Shown here piece after piece: positions 53,140 through 62,624 of a stretch of DNA of 64,000 nucleotides; positions within the stretch are counted from its first letter, which is position 1, and every line of letters starts with the position of its first letter. Below the pieces are notes generated by a model. That model was not told the origin of the DNA and did no database searches. It worked only from the letters and a program-made list of their open reading frames with translations. The position numbers were made by a program, and so were the translations under genes. Source of the stretch: Anaerolineales bacterium (GTDB lineage: Bacteria > Chloroflexota > Anaerolineae > Anaerolineales > Villigracilaceae); assembly GCA_034434535.1 (NCBI GenBank), contig DAOTZC010000012.1:510128-574127 (forward strand), in the 5' to 3' direction.

Positions 53140-54401
53140 GGCTGCACCTCAGCGATTTTCTCTGCTTCAATTTTTTCTTTTTCTGGATGACGGGGTTTGG
53201 GCAACACCTGGCGCAGAAAGGGGATTTCGTAGTCGCCGAAGATGCCTTTGGGTCTGAGCAGCATAATGACCAGCAACAAGAGTGGATAAACCACAAAACG
53301 CCAGGTCTCAAACCCCTGAGGAAGGAAGATGCGCAAAATGCCTTCCAGTACCAGCGCCCAGGCGAATGATGCAAAGATGGTGCCTGTGATACTCCCCAGT
53401 CCTCCAAAGACGATGATAATCATTGGGTCGAAGGATTTGATGAAGTTGAAGGTGTTGGGGTGCAGGAATCCGTTGATGTGAGCATATAAGCCTCCTGCCA
53501 ATCCGGCCAGGAAGCTGCCCAGCACAAAGGCGACAATTTTGTATTCTGCAACATCGATGCCCATCGCTTTGGCGGCGATTTCATCCTCGCGTACTGAAAT
53601 GATGGCGCGTCCATAGCTGGAGCGCAACAGGTTGCGAACCAGGACGATGACCACCATCAGAAAGAAGAATACCCAGAACAGCGTGGTGATTTTTGGGATG
53701 CCAATCATGCCGCGCGCGCCCTTCATTTCAACAAATCCGAGCAGGGTATCGGAGTTGTCGAGCAGGATTTTGACAATAACCGTGAATCCCAACGTTGCTA
53801 TTCCGAAATAGTCCGAGCCAAGCGAGAGGATAGGCAGTCCGAACAGGTAACTGATTTCAGCCGCCAGTATGGCACTGAATAGAACAGCCACGATGAAGAC
53901 AATTTGAAGCGCGATTGCCGCCGGAAGCATGTTGAGCAACGCTGTAACGGCTGGAGTAGCGGTAATTCCAACCCAGAACGCCAGCGCAGACCATGCGATG
54001 GTTGAGGTGAGATAAATTGTGAACGCAGAAAGTGGGTCGATGCCCCGTACTTTTGCGATGCGTTGGTGTAGCCATAAGATAGATGCGCCACTGAGCGCGG
54101 TTGCCAGGAAGAGTATCACCAGGCCATCTGCGCTTTTATTGACCGTCCAGCGATAGGTGACATCGGCGGCAGCGTAAGCTCCAATGGCGTAGAACCCCCA
54201 CTGCCCAAGCGAAAATTGACCGTTGAACCCGTAAATCAAGTTCAGCCCTATGCTGACGATGGCCATTACCGCACCGATGCGGATGATGGTGTCCCAGAAA
54301 GAATTAAGCAATCCGGTGCTGACCAGGATTTGCAATACTACATAAATGGCGACGGAACTGCCCAGAAACCATAGCGTAGGTTTGGAGAGTTTGCTCATCA
54401 T
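53136..54401 (-). CDS. livM: LivM-type permease, operon 2
   Basis: Start set at ATG 54401 (MMSKLSKP...). GLNLIYGFNGQFSLGQWGFYAIGAY. Confidence 0.8.
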   Translation of the reverse strand: MMSKLSKPTLWFLGSSVAIYVVLQILVSTGLLNSFWDTIIRIGAVMAIVSIGLNLIYGFNGQFSLGQWGFYAIGAYAAADVTYRWTVNKSADGLVILFLATALSGASILWLHQRIAKVRGIDPLSAFTIYLTSTIAWSALAFWVGITATPAVTALLNMLPAAIALQIVFIVAVLFSAILAAEISYLFGLPILSLGSDYFGIATLGFTVIVKILLDNSDTLLGFVEMKGARGMIGIPKITTLFWVFFFLMVVIVLVRNLLRSSYGRAIISVREDEIAAKAMGIDVAEYKIVAFVLGSFLAGLAGGLYAHINGFLHPNTFNFIKSFDPMIIIVFGGLGSITGTIFASFAWALVLEGILRIFLPQGFETWRFVVYPLLLLVIMLLRPKGIFGDYEIPFLRQVLPKPRHPEKEKIEAEKIAEVQP

Positions 54402-54405
54402 AGGA

Positions 54406-55524
54406 TTATGCCTTTTCGCGCTCTGGTTCGCCAAACAGCCCGGTTGGACGTACCAGCAACACCACAATCAGGATGCTGAAAGCAATTGCATCACGTAAGG
54501 GGGTGGAGATATAAGCAGCAGAAAGCACCTCGGCTTGACCCATAATGAGTGCGCCCAGCAAGGCGCCTGGCAGGCTGCCAATGCCCCCAAGAACGGCGGC
54601 CACAAACGCTTTCAGGCCGGGCAAGATGCCCATGACGAAGAAGATTTGCGAGAATGCAATGGCATAAAGCACGCCGGCGGCTCCGGCCAGGGCGGCGCCG
54701 ATGGCAAATGTGGTTGAGATAACTGCGTCTGCGTTGATGCCCATCAAACGCGCGGTCTGTTTATCATAGGCGACCGTGCGCATGGCTTTGCCAATGCGGG
54801 TTTTGTGAACAATGAACTGCAGCGCCACTACGAGCAAAATCGAAGTGACGATAATAATCAGGGCAATGTTCGATAACAGGATTGTCCCTTCAGGCGGAGC
54901 ATCGCCGCTGAGTTGAGTGATTCCGTTTGCGCCAATAGCCCAGGTCACTACCTCAATAGGGCGTTTGTAGGTGATGAAATTGGCGCTGAAGACAAAATCT
55001 AACGCAGCGAAATACTCTAAAAAGAAGGAGACGCCAATTGCTGTAATCAAGGCTGAAATTCGAGGGGCGTTGCGGAGTGGTTTGTACGCCACGCGCTCAA
55101 TTACGATTGCCAGGAGTGCGCAGGCAATCATGGCAACCACAATGACGGTCAGGACGCCGATGACGTTGGACAGATTTTCGGACATGGCCGGGAAGACGCT
55201 GGTTGGCCAAAGATGCAACTGGAAACGCGTGATGGAATAGAAACTGACAAACGAACCAACCATGAAAACATCACCATGGGCGAAGTTAATCAGGCGAACA
55301 ATCCCATAAACCATGGTGTAGCCCAGAGCGATTAAGGCATACACGAAGCCCAGTTGCAACCCGTTGACGACTTGCTGCAGAAAGAGGAGCGGGTCAGCCA
55401 TCAGAGCAGTCGCAATTCGCCAGACTGCCAGTGCAGTCAAAAGCAAAAGGAACGCTTTTCCCAGCCAACGTTTTTGGATGACTGTTTGAAAGAATGTAGA
55501 GTTGGTAGATGTGTTCATGTCCAT
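54406..55524 (-). CDS. livH: LivH-type permease, operon 2
   Basis: GLQLGFVYALIALGYTMVYG. Polytopic. Confidence 0.8.
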   Translation of the reverse strand: MDMNTSTNSTFFQTVIQKRWLGKAFLLLLTALAVWRIATALMADPLLFLQQVVNGLQLGFVYALIALGYTMVYGIVRLINFAHGDVFMVGSFVSFYSITRFQLHLWPTSVFPAMSENLSNVIGVLTVIVVAMIACALLAIVIERVAYKPLRNAPRISALITAIGVSFFLEYFAALDFVFSANFITYKRPIEVVTWAIGANGITQLSGDAPPEGTILLSNIALIIIVTSILLVVALQFIVHKTRIGKAMRTVAYDKQTARLMGINADAVISTTFAIGAALAGAAGVLYAIAFSQIFFVMGILPGLKAFVAAVLGGIGSLPGALLGALIMGQAEVLSAAYISTPLRDAIAFSILIVVLLVRPTGLFGEPEREKA

Positions 55525-55533
55525 CCTGGGATG

Positions 55534-55567
55534 AAAAAGAAGGGGCAGTCATGGCGACCGCCCCTTC
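55534..55567 (-). terminator. intra-operon attenuator/terminator hairpin after the binding-protein gene
   Basis: GAAGGGGC / GCCCCTTC stem (55539-55567), followed on the minus strand by TTTTT (55534-55538), between the binding-protein stop (55583) and the livH start (55524). Confidence 0.55.
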
Positions 55568-55582
55568 GGTATACTGCATCAG

Positions 55583-56725
55583 TTACGGAGCGATGCTCTC
55601 GGTGAAGCTGATTTTGCCGTCCTTCACCTGCATCACCACTGCCGCTTTGACCGGGTTATGCTGGGCATCGAAGGTAATTTTGCCAGAAACCGCATCATAT
55701 TCCAGGGCGGCCAGAGCGTCTTTCACCAACGCCGGGTCATCCTTGCCAGCCTTTTCAATAGCGGCCAGCAAAAGATTGGTGGCATCGTAAGCCAGTGCGG
55801 CCAGGGCATCCGGGCGAGCGCCATACTTGGCTTCGTAACGTTTTACGAAGTCCTGCACAATCGGGCGGGTATCTTCGGACGAATAGTGGTTCGAGAAGAA
55901 GCCGCCATCGGCAGCGGCCAGGTCGAGGTCGGCAGAGTCCCAACCGTCGCCGCCCATCATCACCGCCGTCACGCCGCGTTCCTTGGCCTGTGCGCCAACC
56001 AGGTTGACGATGTTGTAGTAATCGGGCAGGAACAGTACATCGGCTTTGCTGTCTGCCACTTTGGTCAGGATGGCGGAGAAGTCGGTGTCATCCTTGGTGT
56101 AAGCTTCTTTGCCCACAATGGTGCCACCGCCCTCAGTAAACGACTTTTCAAAGGCTTCGGCCAGCCCCAGAACGTAGTCGTTGCCTTTATCGAACATAAT
56201 GAAAGCAGTTTTGTGACCCTGTCCAAGAGCGAATTTCGCCATGACCAGGCCCTGGAAGGGGTCAATGAAGCAGGCGCGGAAAACATATTGTTTCGTGGTG
56301 CCGTCCTGGTTGAGGGTCACCTGGGTGTTGGTGGAGGTGGGGCTGATTTGCACCACGCCTTTGGCCTCAGTGATTTCCGAAATCGGAATCGATGCGCTCG
56401 AGCAGACTTCGCCCACAATGTACTTGACCTTATCCTGGTCAATTACCTTGTTGGCGGCATTTACCGCCGGGTCGGCTGAGCACTGGCTGTCAGCAATGAC
56501 TGGTTCGATTTTCTGGCCAAGCACGCCACCTTTGGCATTCCACTCTTCGATGGCGAGCAGGGCGCCATCACGCGTGGATTCGCCGAAGGTCTGCACCTGT
56601 CCGCTCAAAGGTGCCAGAATCGCAATCTTGATTGGGCCGCTGGCTGCGCCACCACCACTGCAAGCGGTTAGCATCAAGCTGGCAACCACCAACAAAGATA
56701 GTACAACGAACAGACGTTTAGACAT
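55583..56725 (-). CDS. Liv-type periplasmic substrate-binding lipoprotein, operon 2
   Basis: Lipobox LMLTA-CSGGG. IKIAILAPLSG..., IVGEVCSS. Only distantly similar to the operon-1 binding protein. Confidence 0.85.
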   Translation of the reverse strand: MSKRLFVVLSLLVVASLMLTACSGGGAASGPIKIAILAPLSGQVQTFGESTRDGALLAIEEWNAKGGVLGQKIEPVIADSQCSADPAVNAANKVIDQDKVKYIVGEVCSSASIPISEITEAKGVVQISPTSTNTQVTLNQDGTTKQYVFRACFIDPFQGLVMAKFALGQGHKTAFIMFDKGNDYVLGLAEAFEKSFTEGGGTIVGKEAYTKDDTDFSAILTKVADSKADVLFLPDYYNIVNLVGAQAKERGVTAVMMGGDGWDSADLDLAAADGGFFSNHYSSEDTRPIVQDFVKRYEAKYGARPDALAALAYDATNLLLAAIEKAGKDDPALVKDALAALEYDAVSGKITFDAQHNPVKAAVVMQVKDGKISFTESIAP

Positions 56726-56899
56726 ACTTCTTCCTCCTCAGAACTGATTGGTTTTATCGCATGCGCGAAATTTTCAAGCAGATTTGCCGATAATCTGCTT
56801 TTTCACAAAGGTTGTCGACAAACTAACCAAAATCATACAATTTATTTTCGAAAAAAGCAAGAACTTTTGTGACAGGCGTTGGGCATTTACCCGTTTGGG

Positions 56900-57391
56900 T
56901 TATGTTGCTTGTTGTCCGTAGAGCACTCTCTCGCGTACGCGCAAATCGGTGTTGCGAATTTTCATGGCCAGGTCGGCGGCCAGGTTATACATCAGCCGAT
57001 AGCCCAGTTGAGGATATGTTTCGCACAGCATAATGAGTTTGTCACGCGGGATGACCAGCAGGCGGGTATCTTTGTTTTTTGCCTGGGCAGTGGCAGAGCG
57101 CAATCCCTCATCAACCAGGGCCACTTCTCCAAAGGATTGACCCCGCCGCAGGGTGGTCAAGACGATTTTTTCGGTTTTTCCTTTTGTGCCGACAAGCCCA
57201 GGGTCAACAATGATGTTTACCTCGCCCTGGATGATGACGTATAGTTCCTTGCTGGTGCTGTTTTCTTCGAAAATGGTTTCGCCTGCATTGAAGGATTTTT
57301 GCTGACACAGGTTGGCGACCAATTCTAATTGCGTTTGCGTGAACTGATAGAAGATGTCGCTTTGTTTGAGATAAGTAATGAGTTCACTCAT
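56900..57391 (-). CDS. stand-alone cyclic-nucleotide-binding (CAP effector-domain) protein
   Basis: IFEENSTSKELYVIIQGEV ... GQSFGEVALVDEGLRSATAQA is the cNMP-binding signature. There is no HTH or other output domain (163 aa). Confidence 0.8.
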   Translation of the reverse strand: MSELITYLKQSDIFYQFTQTQLELVANLCQQKSFNAGETIFEENSTSKELYVIIQGEVNIIVDPGLVGTKGKTEKIVLTTLRRGQSFGEVALVDEGLRSATAQAKNKDTRLLVIPRDKLIMLCETYPQLGYRLMYNLAADLAMKIRNTDLRVRERVLYGQQAT

Positions 57392-57482
57392 TTTCGCCTC
57401 AGTCTGTTGTGAAATACGAGACTAGTGTAGCATAAACCAGATACTGAAACAACGGGCAAGATGCGCACTGCGGGTATTCGCG

Positions 57483-58892
57483 TTAAGGAAAGACTTTCTC
57501 CAGCCACTCTAGCGGGTTGACCTGAGTGCCATTGGCCCATACTTCCCAGTGCAGGTGAGCGCCAGTGACGCGGCCTGTGCCGCCGACTACTCCAATCAGT
57601 TCGCCTTTCCTGACGACTTGCCCTACCGTTACTTTGATTTGCGACTGATGCCAGATGCCACTGTAAACCCCCCAACCATGGTCGATAATGGTGGCATTCC
57701 CGCGTACAGTCAAAAAGTCGGCAAAGATAATCACGCCATCTGCAGGGGCCAGGATGGGCAATCCCTCACCGCCGCAAAAATCCACTCCACTGTGAAACGA
57801 TGAATATTCTTCCCCGGTTCCAGAGCCAATATAGGTGCGCCGGTTTCCGTAGCGCGACGTGAAGCAGTTGGGGTCGTAAGCAGGCGCCTGAAAAATTCCC
57901 TGCCAGTAGCGGGTGGGCGTGGCCGGTTGGGTCAGTTCGAGAATTTTTTGCGTTTCCGGCTCGGTCACAGCCGGGTCAATCGTTTCGGGTTCTACCAAAA
58001 GCACCGGGTCATTCGGGTAAAACCCGGATTGAACGATAACCATTTGTTCATAACTCTGCCGTGAACCATCGGGCAAGGTGGCCTCTAGCCGCAGGGGATA
58101 TGGCCCTGGCGTGAGCATAGCGTGAATCCCTTGCAGGGTCACGTAACTTCCATCCTCCTGCGGAAAGAAGTTGAGCGGCTTATCTACCAGTATCCCTGCC
58201 AGCGAGACTCCTGGCTGAGTCTGGATGACGATTTTGCTGGTGCCTCCCTGGGTCATTGGCAATGGTGTGACTTGCACGTTGATAAATGCCGAAGGCATTC
58301 CGTTTGCTTTGCTCGTGTTCGTTTCTCCGGTTGGCGCATACAGAACATCGCCGGGCAGGGCCGCCCAGGTACCGGAGAGTTCGTTGATAGTTTTTAAGGT
58401 CCACGGGTCGCTGTCGGTGCGAATGGCGGCTTCGAGCAGGGTTTCGCCTGGGGCTAAATTGACACGATTTTGCAGCGGGGTGAAATTTTCCTGCTGGGGC
58501 AATATAACACCCATTCCTGCGTACAGTTCCGATGGGCTGGTGATATGGTTCAGTTTGCGCACAAAAGATTCAGCAACGCGGTTGCGGCGGCTCAGACTGC
58601 GCAAGGTATCACCATAATTGAGAACTTCGGTCGTCAACACTCCGCTGATGCCTTCCAGGCCGGGGATGATGATGCGCGCCCCAACTGCAATACTGTTGGG
58701 GTCACTGATGTTGTTGGCAGACATCAGTTCCGTCAGGGTCACGCCAAAGCGGCTGGCGATGGTCGAGAGAAAATCGCCGGGTTGGACAATGTAAATGGGG
58801 CCAGAGGGGGGGGTCGAATCTTGGGCCTGGGCCAGATTCATGGGCAAGAACACGGCTAGAAGCAGAGAAACAAGAACGAGTCTTTTAATCAT
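57483..58892 (-). CDS. secreted LysM-domain M23 metallopeptidase
   Basis: Start ATG 58892 (MIKRLVLVSLLLAVFL signal). LysM YIVQPGDFLSTIASRFGVTLTELMSANNI plus a second degenerate LysM. M23 motifs HSGVD and GAHLHWEV. Confidence 0.85.
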   Translation of the reverse strand: MIKRLVLVSLLLAVFLPMNLAQAQDSTPPSGPIYIVQPGDFLSTIASRFGVTLTELMSANNISDPNSIAVGARIIIPGLEGISGVLTTEVLNYGDTLRSLSRRNRVAESFVRKLNHITSPSELYAGMGVILPQQENFTPLQNRVNLAPGETLLEAAIRTDSDPWTLKTINELSGTWAALPGDVLYAPTGETNTSKANGMPSAFINVQVTPLPMTQGGTSKIVIQTQPGVSLAGILVDKPLNFFPQEDGSYVTLQGIHAMLTPGPYPLRLEATLPDGSRQSYEQMVIVQSGFYPNDPVLLVEPETIDPAVTEPETQKILELTQPATPTRYWQGIFQAPAYDPNCFTSRYGNRRTYIGSGTGEEYSSFHSGVDFCGGEGLPILAPADGVIIFADFLTVRGNATIIDHGWGVYSGIWHQSQIKVTVGQVVRKGELIGVVGGTGRVTGAHLHWEVWANGTQVNPLEWLEKVFP

Positions 58893-59259
58893 GGTCAAAA
58901 GCAATATGGTCACCCGGCTGCAGGTCGCCATGCCGGGCGGGATGATATTCGATGACGTAACGCGCGGGTTTGGATGGCCCGTAGAAAGGTCGCCAGGCTT
59001 TTGCAAGCACGGTATCTACCACGATGTCCTCGCTGTTAACCCAGGCCACTGCCAGGTCTGTCCAAACGAACAGCATGTGGATGGATGTGTCAATCCGACT
59101 GTCGCGCGTTTCCACCAACACGAGACCTTCATCATATCCCAGGTTGGAACGAAACGTGAATCCTTGCAGGCGGGCGCGGAACGATTGACACCACTTTCCG
59201 CGGATGGGTGTAATTGTCGGGTTGCTCAAATTTCGGATAGTAATCGGATGGTCTTTCAT
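58885..59259 (-). CDS. DUF192-like small protein
   Basis: 124 aa. Its 8-bp overlap with the M23 start suggests translational coupling. The pattern LQGFTFR...GLVLV...IHMLFVWTDLAVAWV...YVIE resembles the DUF192/COG1430 family as I recall it. Confidence 0.45.
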   Translation of the reverse strand: MKDHPITIRNLSNPTITPIRGKWCQSFRARLQGFTFRSNLGYDEGLVLVETRDSRIDTSIHMLFVWTDLAVAWVNSEDIVVDTVLAKAWRPFYGPSKPARYVIEYHPARHGDLQPGDHIAFDHD

Positions 59260-59266
59260 GCGCTCT

Positions 59267-59301
59267 AAAAAAGATGGCGGCCTGTGTTGATGAAGGCCGC
59301 C
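59267..59301 (-). terminator. rho-independent terminator immediately after the response-regulator gene
   Basis: GGCGGCCT / AGGCCGCC stem (59276-59301), followed on the minus strand by ATC then TTTTTT (59267-59272). It ends only 7 nt before the DUF192 start codon. Confidence 0.65.
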
Positions 59302-59308
59302 TCGGTTT

Positions 59309-59701
59309 TTAATCTTTCTTTTTGCGCTCCAGCACTCGTTCTACGCTGGAGAGCAGATCTTCCGGGCTGAATGGTTTGGAGATGTAGTCATCCACTTTGG
59401 CAATTTGCAATCCGAGTACTTTGTCAATATTCTGCGCTTTGGCAGTCACGACAATGACTGGAATATCCCTGGTTTTTTCGTCCGCTTTCATTTGCTGGTA
59501 TACTTCCCAACCATCTATATCCGGCATCATCAGATCGAGCAAGACCAGGTCAGGTTTCTTTTCGTGGACCTTTTTTAGCCCTTCTTCACCGCCCGTTGCT
59601 CCTTCCACCTCGAACCCTTTCCGCTCCAGGATGATACGAATAAGGTCAATCATTTCGGTTTCATCCTCGATGCATAGGATATGGCGGTTTGAACTATTCA
59701 T
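59309..59701 (-). CDS. single-domain response regulator (CheY-like receiver)
   Basis: ILCIEDE, phospho-acceptor context DLVLLDLMMPDIDG, VVTAK. No output domain. Confidence 0.9.
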   Translation of the reverse strand: MNSSNRHILCIEDETEMIDLIRIILERKGFEVEGATGGEEGLKKVHEKKPDLVLLDLMMPDIDGWEVYQQMKADEKTRDIPVIVVTAKAQNIDKVLGLQIAKVDDYISKPFSPEDLLSSVERVLERKKKD

Positions 59702-59749
59702 AACAAATATCCTTTTTGCGATGCTGTATTAAGTTTACCATAAGCAAGG

Positions 59750-60523
59750 ATGTCTCAGAACATGAAAATTATTACATGGAACGTGAATGGGATTCGCGCG
59801 GCATTGGGAAAAAATCTCAAGTCGTGGTTGTTCGAGCAATCGCCGGATGTGTTTTGTCTGCAAGAGATTAAGGCCACTCCTCAGCAATTGACTGACGAAC
59901 AACGGGATTTTCCTGGTTATCGCGCCATATGGAATCCTGCTCAGCGACCTGGCTACAGTGGAGTGGCGACCTTCTCGAAACAGGAGCCAATCGAAGTCCG
60001 GTTGGGATTAGATGAAGAGCGGTTCGATGTTGAGGGGCGCGTTATCTGCACCCGGCACGATGATTTTCTCCTCTACAACATTTATTTTCCGAATGGACAG
60101 CGCGGCTATGACCGGGTGGAGTACAAACTCGATTTTTACGCCCGTCTGCTGGAAATTTGTGACTCTTTGCATGCGGCGGGCGAGAACATCATTCTCACTG
60201 GCGACTTCAACACCGCTCATCAGCCAATTGACCTGGCCCGTCCTGACGAAAATGAAACCACTTCTGGTTTCTTGCCCGAAGAGCGCGCCTGGGTACAGAA
60301 ATATCTCGAACATGGTTTTGTGGATGTATACCGTCACATGTACCCGGAACGGGTTCAATACACCTGGTGGACATATCGCATGGCGGCGCGTCAGCGCAAC
60401 ATTGGCTGGCGCATCGATTATTTTCTGGTTTCGGAGAGCCTGGCCGGGCGTGTGCGCGATGTCATCATTCACGATGGTGTGACTGGTTCAGACCACTGCC
60501 CGGTAGAACTGGTGATTCTTTGA
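59750..60523 (+). CDS. xth: exodeoxyribonuclease III
   Basis: MKIITWNVNGIRA, CLQEIK, LTGDFNTAH, SDHCPV. ATG 59762 (MKIITWN...) is an alternative start. Confidence 0.9.
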   Translation: MSQNMKIITWNVNGIRAALGKNLKSWLFEQSPDVFCLQEIKATPQQLTDEQRDFPGYRAIWNPAQRPGYSGVATFSKQEPIEVRLGLDEERFDVEGRVICTRHDDFLLYNIYFPNGQRGYDRVEYKLDFYARLLEICDSLHAAGENIILTGDFNTAHQPIDLARPDENETTSGFLPEERAWVQKYLEHGFVDVYRHMYPERVQYTWWTYRMAARQRNIGWRIDYFLVSESLAGRVRDVIIHDGVTGSDHCPVELVIL

Positions 60524-60600
60524 ATTTGGATGGTTTTTGGAAGGAATATATTAGAAAATCATATAAAGTAATTTATTTGCAAACCAATTGTGATAGTGCA

Positions 60601-60611
60601 TGGTATATAAT
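60601..60611 (+). promoter_or_regulatory. possible extended -10 promoter element upstream of ftsH
   Basis: TGgTATATAAT (TGn + TATATA / TATAAT). No convincing -35 at proper spacing. RBS AGGAGG at 60627-60632. Confidence 0.3.
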
Positions 60612-60637
60612 CCCTCTGACCGTTATAGGAGGTCTGT

Positions 60638-62524
60638 GTGAATAACTCTCGAAACCAGTCATTTCTCATCTATGCCTTACTGTTCATTGCCATTATTGCA
60701 ATGGTACTCTTTCAGGTTCGCCAACCGTCTAACACAGAATCGCCGTTGACCATCAACCAGGTCGCTGCCGATATTAAAGCCGGGAAAGTCAAACGGATTG
60801 TGGCTGAATCGGATAACCGCCTGCGTGTGATTTACCCGGGCAGCAGCGGCTCTGAAGTAGAAAGAACCGCTCATAAGGAAGATGGGACATCGTTGCTCAA
60901 TCAACTCGTGCTATTAGGCGTCACCCCGGAACAACTTGCTCCTGAAAAATTGCAAATTGTCATCAATCCACCCAGTTCGTGGATGACCGTCTTGAGCGTG
61001 CTTGGCTATATTTTGCCGTTCATCTTGATTATTGCCTTATTCTTCTGGATTTTCCGGCAGGCGCAGGGTTCGAACAATGCCGCCATGTCGTTTGGTAAAT
61101 CGCGGGCGCGCATGTTTAGCGGTGAGCACCCAACCGTCACTTTTGAAGATGTGGCCGGGGCGGATGAGTCGAAAGAAGAACTCAAAGAGGTGGTCGAATT
61201 TTTGCGCGAACCGCAGAAGTTCATTCAATTGGGCGCGCGCATTCCGAAGGGCGTCTTGCTGGTTGGGCCTCCTGGCACGGGCAAGACTCTGCTTGCCAAG
61301 GCCGTTTCTGGTGAAGCGGGTGTGCCGTTCTTCTCGATTTCCGGCTCGGAATTTGTGGAAATGTTTGTGGGCGTAGGTGCCAGCCGCGTGCGTGACCTGT
61401 TTGACCAGGCCAAGCGTCATTCGCCCTGCATTATTTTTGTGGATGAAATTGACGCTGTTGGGCGCCAGCGCGGCGCGGGGCTGGGTGGTTCGCATGATGA
61501 GCGCGAGCAAACCCTCAACCAGATGCTGGTCGAAATGGATGGGTTTGATACCGATACCAACATCATCGTTGTGGCGGCTACCAACCGCCCCGATATTCTT
61601 GACCCTGCTTTGCTGCGCCCGGGTCGTTTTGACCGGCGGGTGACCCTTGACCGTCCCGATGTGAAAGGCCGCGAGGCTATTTTGCGGGTGCATGTTAAAG
61701 GCAAGCCGCTCGACCCGCAAGTAGATTTGGCATCTATTGCACGCGGCACGCCCGGTTTTGTGGGGGCCGATTTGGAAAATCTGGTCAATGAAGCCGCAAT
61801 TCTGGCAGCACGCCGCAACAAGCGTTCGATTGGTCAGGCTGAATTGGAAGAAGCGATTGAGCGCGTGGTAATGGGGCCGGAGCGCAAATCACGTCTGATT
61901 AGCGACGAAGAAAAGCGCATCATTGCCTATCACGAGGCCGGTCATGCAGTGGTCGCCAATGCCATTGCCGAAGCCGACCCGGTGCAAAAAGTCACCATCG
62001 TTGGGCGCGGGCAGGCTGGCGGCGTGACCTGGTTCCGACCAGAAGAAGACCGCATTTTGATGTCGCGCAAGAAGATGTTTGCTACTCTGGCTTACGCTCT
62101 GGGTGGCCGCGCTGCCGAGGAACTGGTCTTTGATGATATTACTTCTGGCGCTTCTGGCGATATTGAGCAGGTGACGCGCATGGCTCGCACGATGGTCACT
62201 CGCCTGGGCATGAGCGAAGAATTGGGCAACCGGGTGTATGGCCAAAAGGAAGAACTGATTTTCCTGGGCCGTGAAATTTCGGAACAGCGCGATTACTCTG
62301 AGGCCGTGGCTGAGCAAATTGACCGCGAAGTGCGCCGGATTGTCGATGAAGCCCACAAACGCGCCCAATCCATCCTGAGGCAATATCGCAAGCAATTGGA
62401 TGATGTTGCCAATTTGCTGCTCGAAAAAGAAACCATCACGCGCGAAGAGTTTGAAAAAGTCTTTCCGCCGCCTTTCCCCAAGAAAAGCGGCACCCCGCAA
62501 TTGGCGTGGGCTGCTGTGGAATAA
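60638..62524 (+). CDS. ftsH: ATP-dependent zinc metalloprotease FtsH
   Basis: GTG start 5 nt after AGGAGG. Two N-terminal TMs, Walker [22 protein letters not shown] region, zinc motif HEAGHA. Confidence 0.95.
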   Translation: MNNSRNQSFLIYALLFIAIIAMVLFQVRQPSNTESPLTINQVAADIKAGKVKRIVAESDNRLRVIYPGSSGSEVERTAHKEDGTSLLNQLVLLGVTPEQLAPEKLQIVINPPSSWMTVLSVLGYILPFILIIALFFWIFRQAQGSNNAAMSFGKSRARMFSGEHPTVTFEDVAGADESKEELKEVVEFLREPQKFIQLGARIPKGVLLVGPPGTGKTLLAKAVSGEAGVPFFSISGSEFVEMFVGVGASRVRDLFDQAKRHSPCIIFVDEIDAVGRQRGAGLGGSHDEREQTLNQMLVEMDGFDTDTNIIVVAATNRPDILDPALLRPGRFDRRVTLDRPDVKGREAILRVHVKGKPLDPQVDLASIARGTPGFVGADLENLVNEAAILAARRNKRSIGQAELEEAIERVVMGPERKSRLISDEEKRIIAYHEAGHAVVANAIAEADPVQKVTIVGRGQAGGVTWFRPEEDRILMSRKKMFATLAYALGGRAAEELVFDDITSGASGDIEQVTRMARTMVTRLGMSEELGNRVYGQKEELIFLGREISEQRDYSEAVAEQIDREVRRIVDEAHKRAQSILRQYRKQLDDVANLLLEKETITREEFEKVFPPPFPKKSGTPQLAWAAVE

Positions 62525-62573
62525 AGCGCGGAAGGAAATACGGAAACGCGGAAACAGGTAGAAACCGGAAAAC

Positions 62574-62606
62574 AAAAGAGCCTCCTGAACATCAGGAGGC
62601 TCTTTT
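62574..62606. terminator. bidirectional rho-independent terminator
   Basis: 15-bp stem AAAAGAGCCTCCTGA / TCAGGAGGCTCTTTT with loop ACA, between the convergent ftsH and fadD-like genes. Confidence 0.85.
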
Positions 62607-62624
62607 ATTCTTCTGTTTACCTGT

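Noticed and set aside
56776-56803. Hairpin AAGCAGAT/ATCTGCTT followed by TTTTT, resembling a terminator.
   Set aside because: The T-tract is on the + strand, where no gene or promoter is upstream. On the minus strand, where it would serve the cNMP-binding gene, it lacks a T-tract. It is left unannotated.
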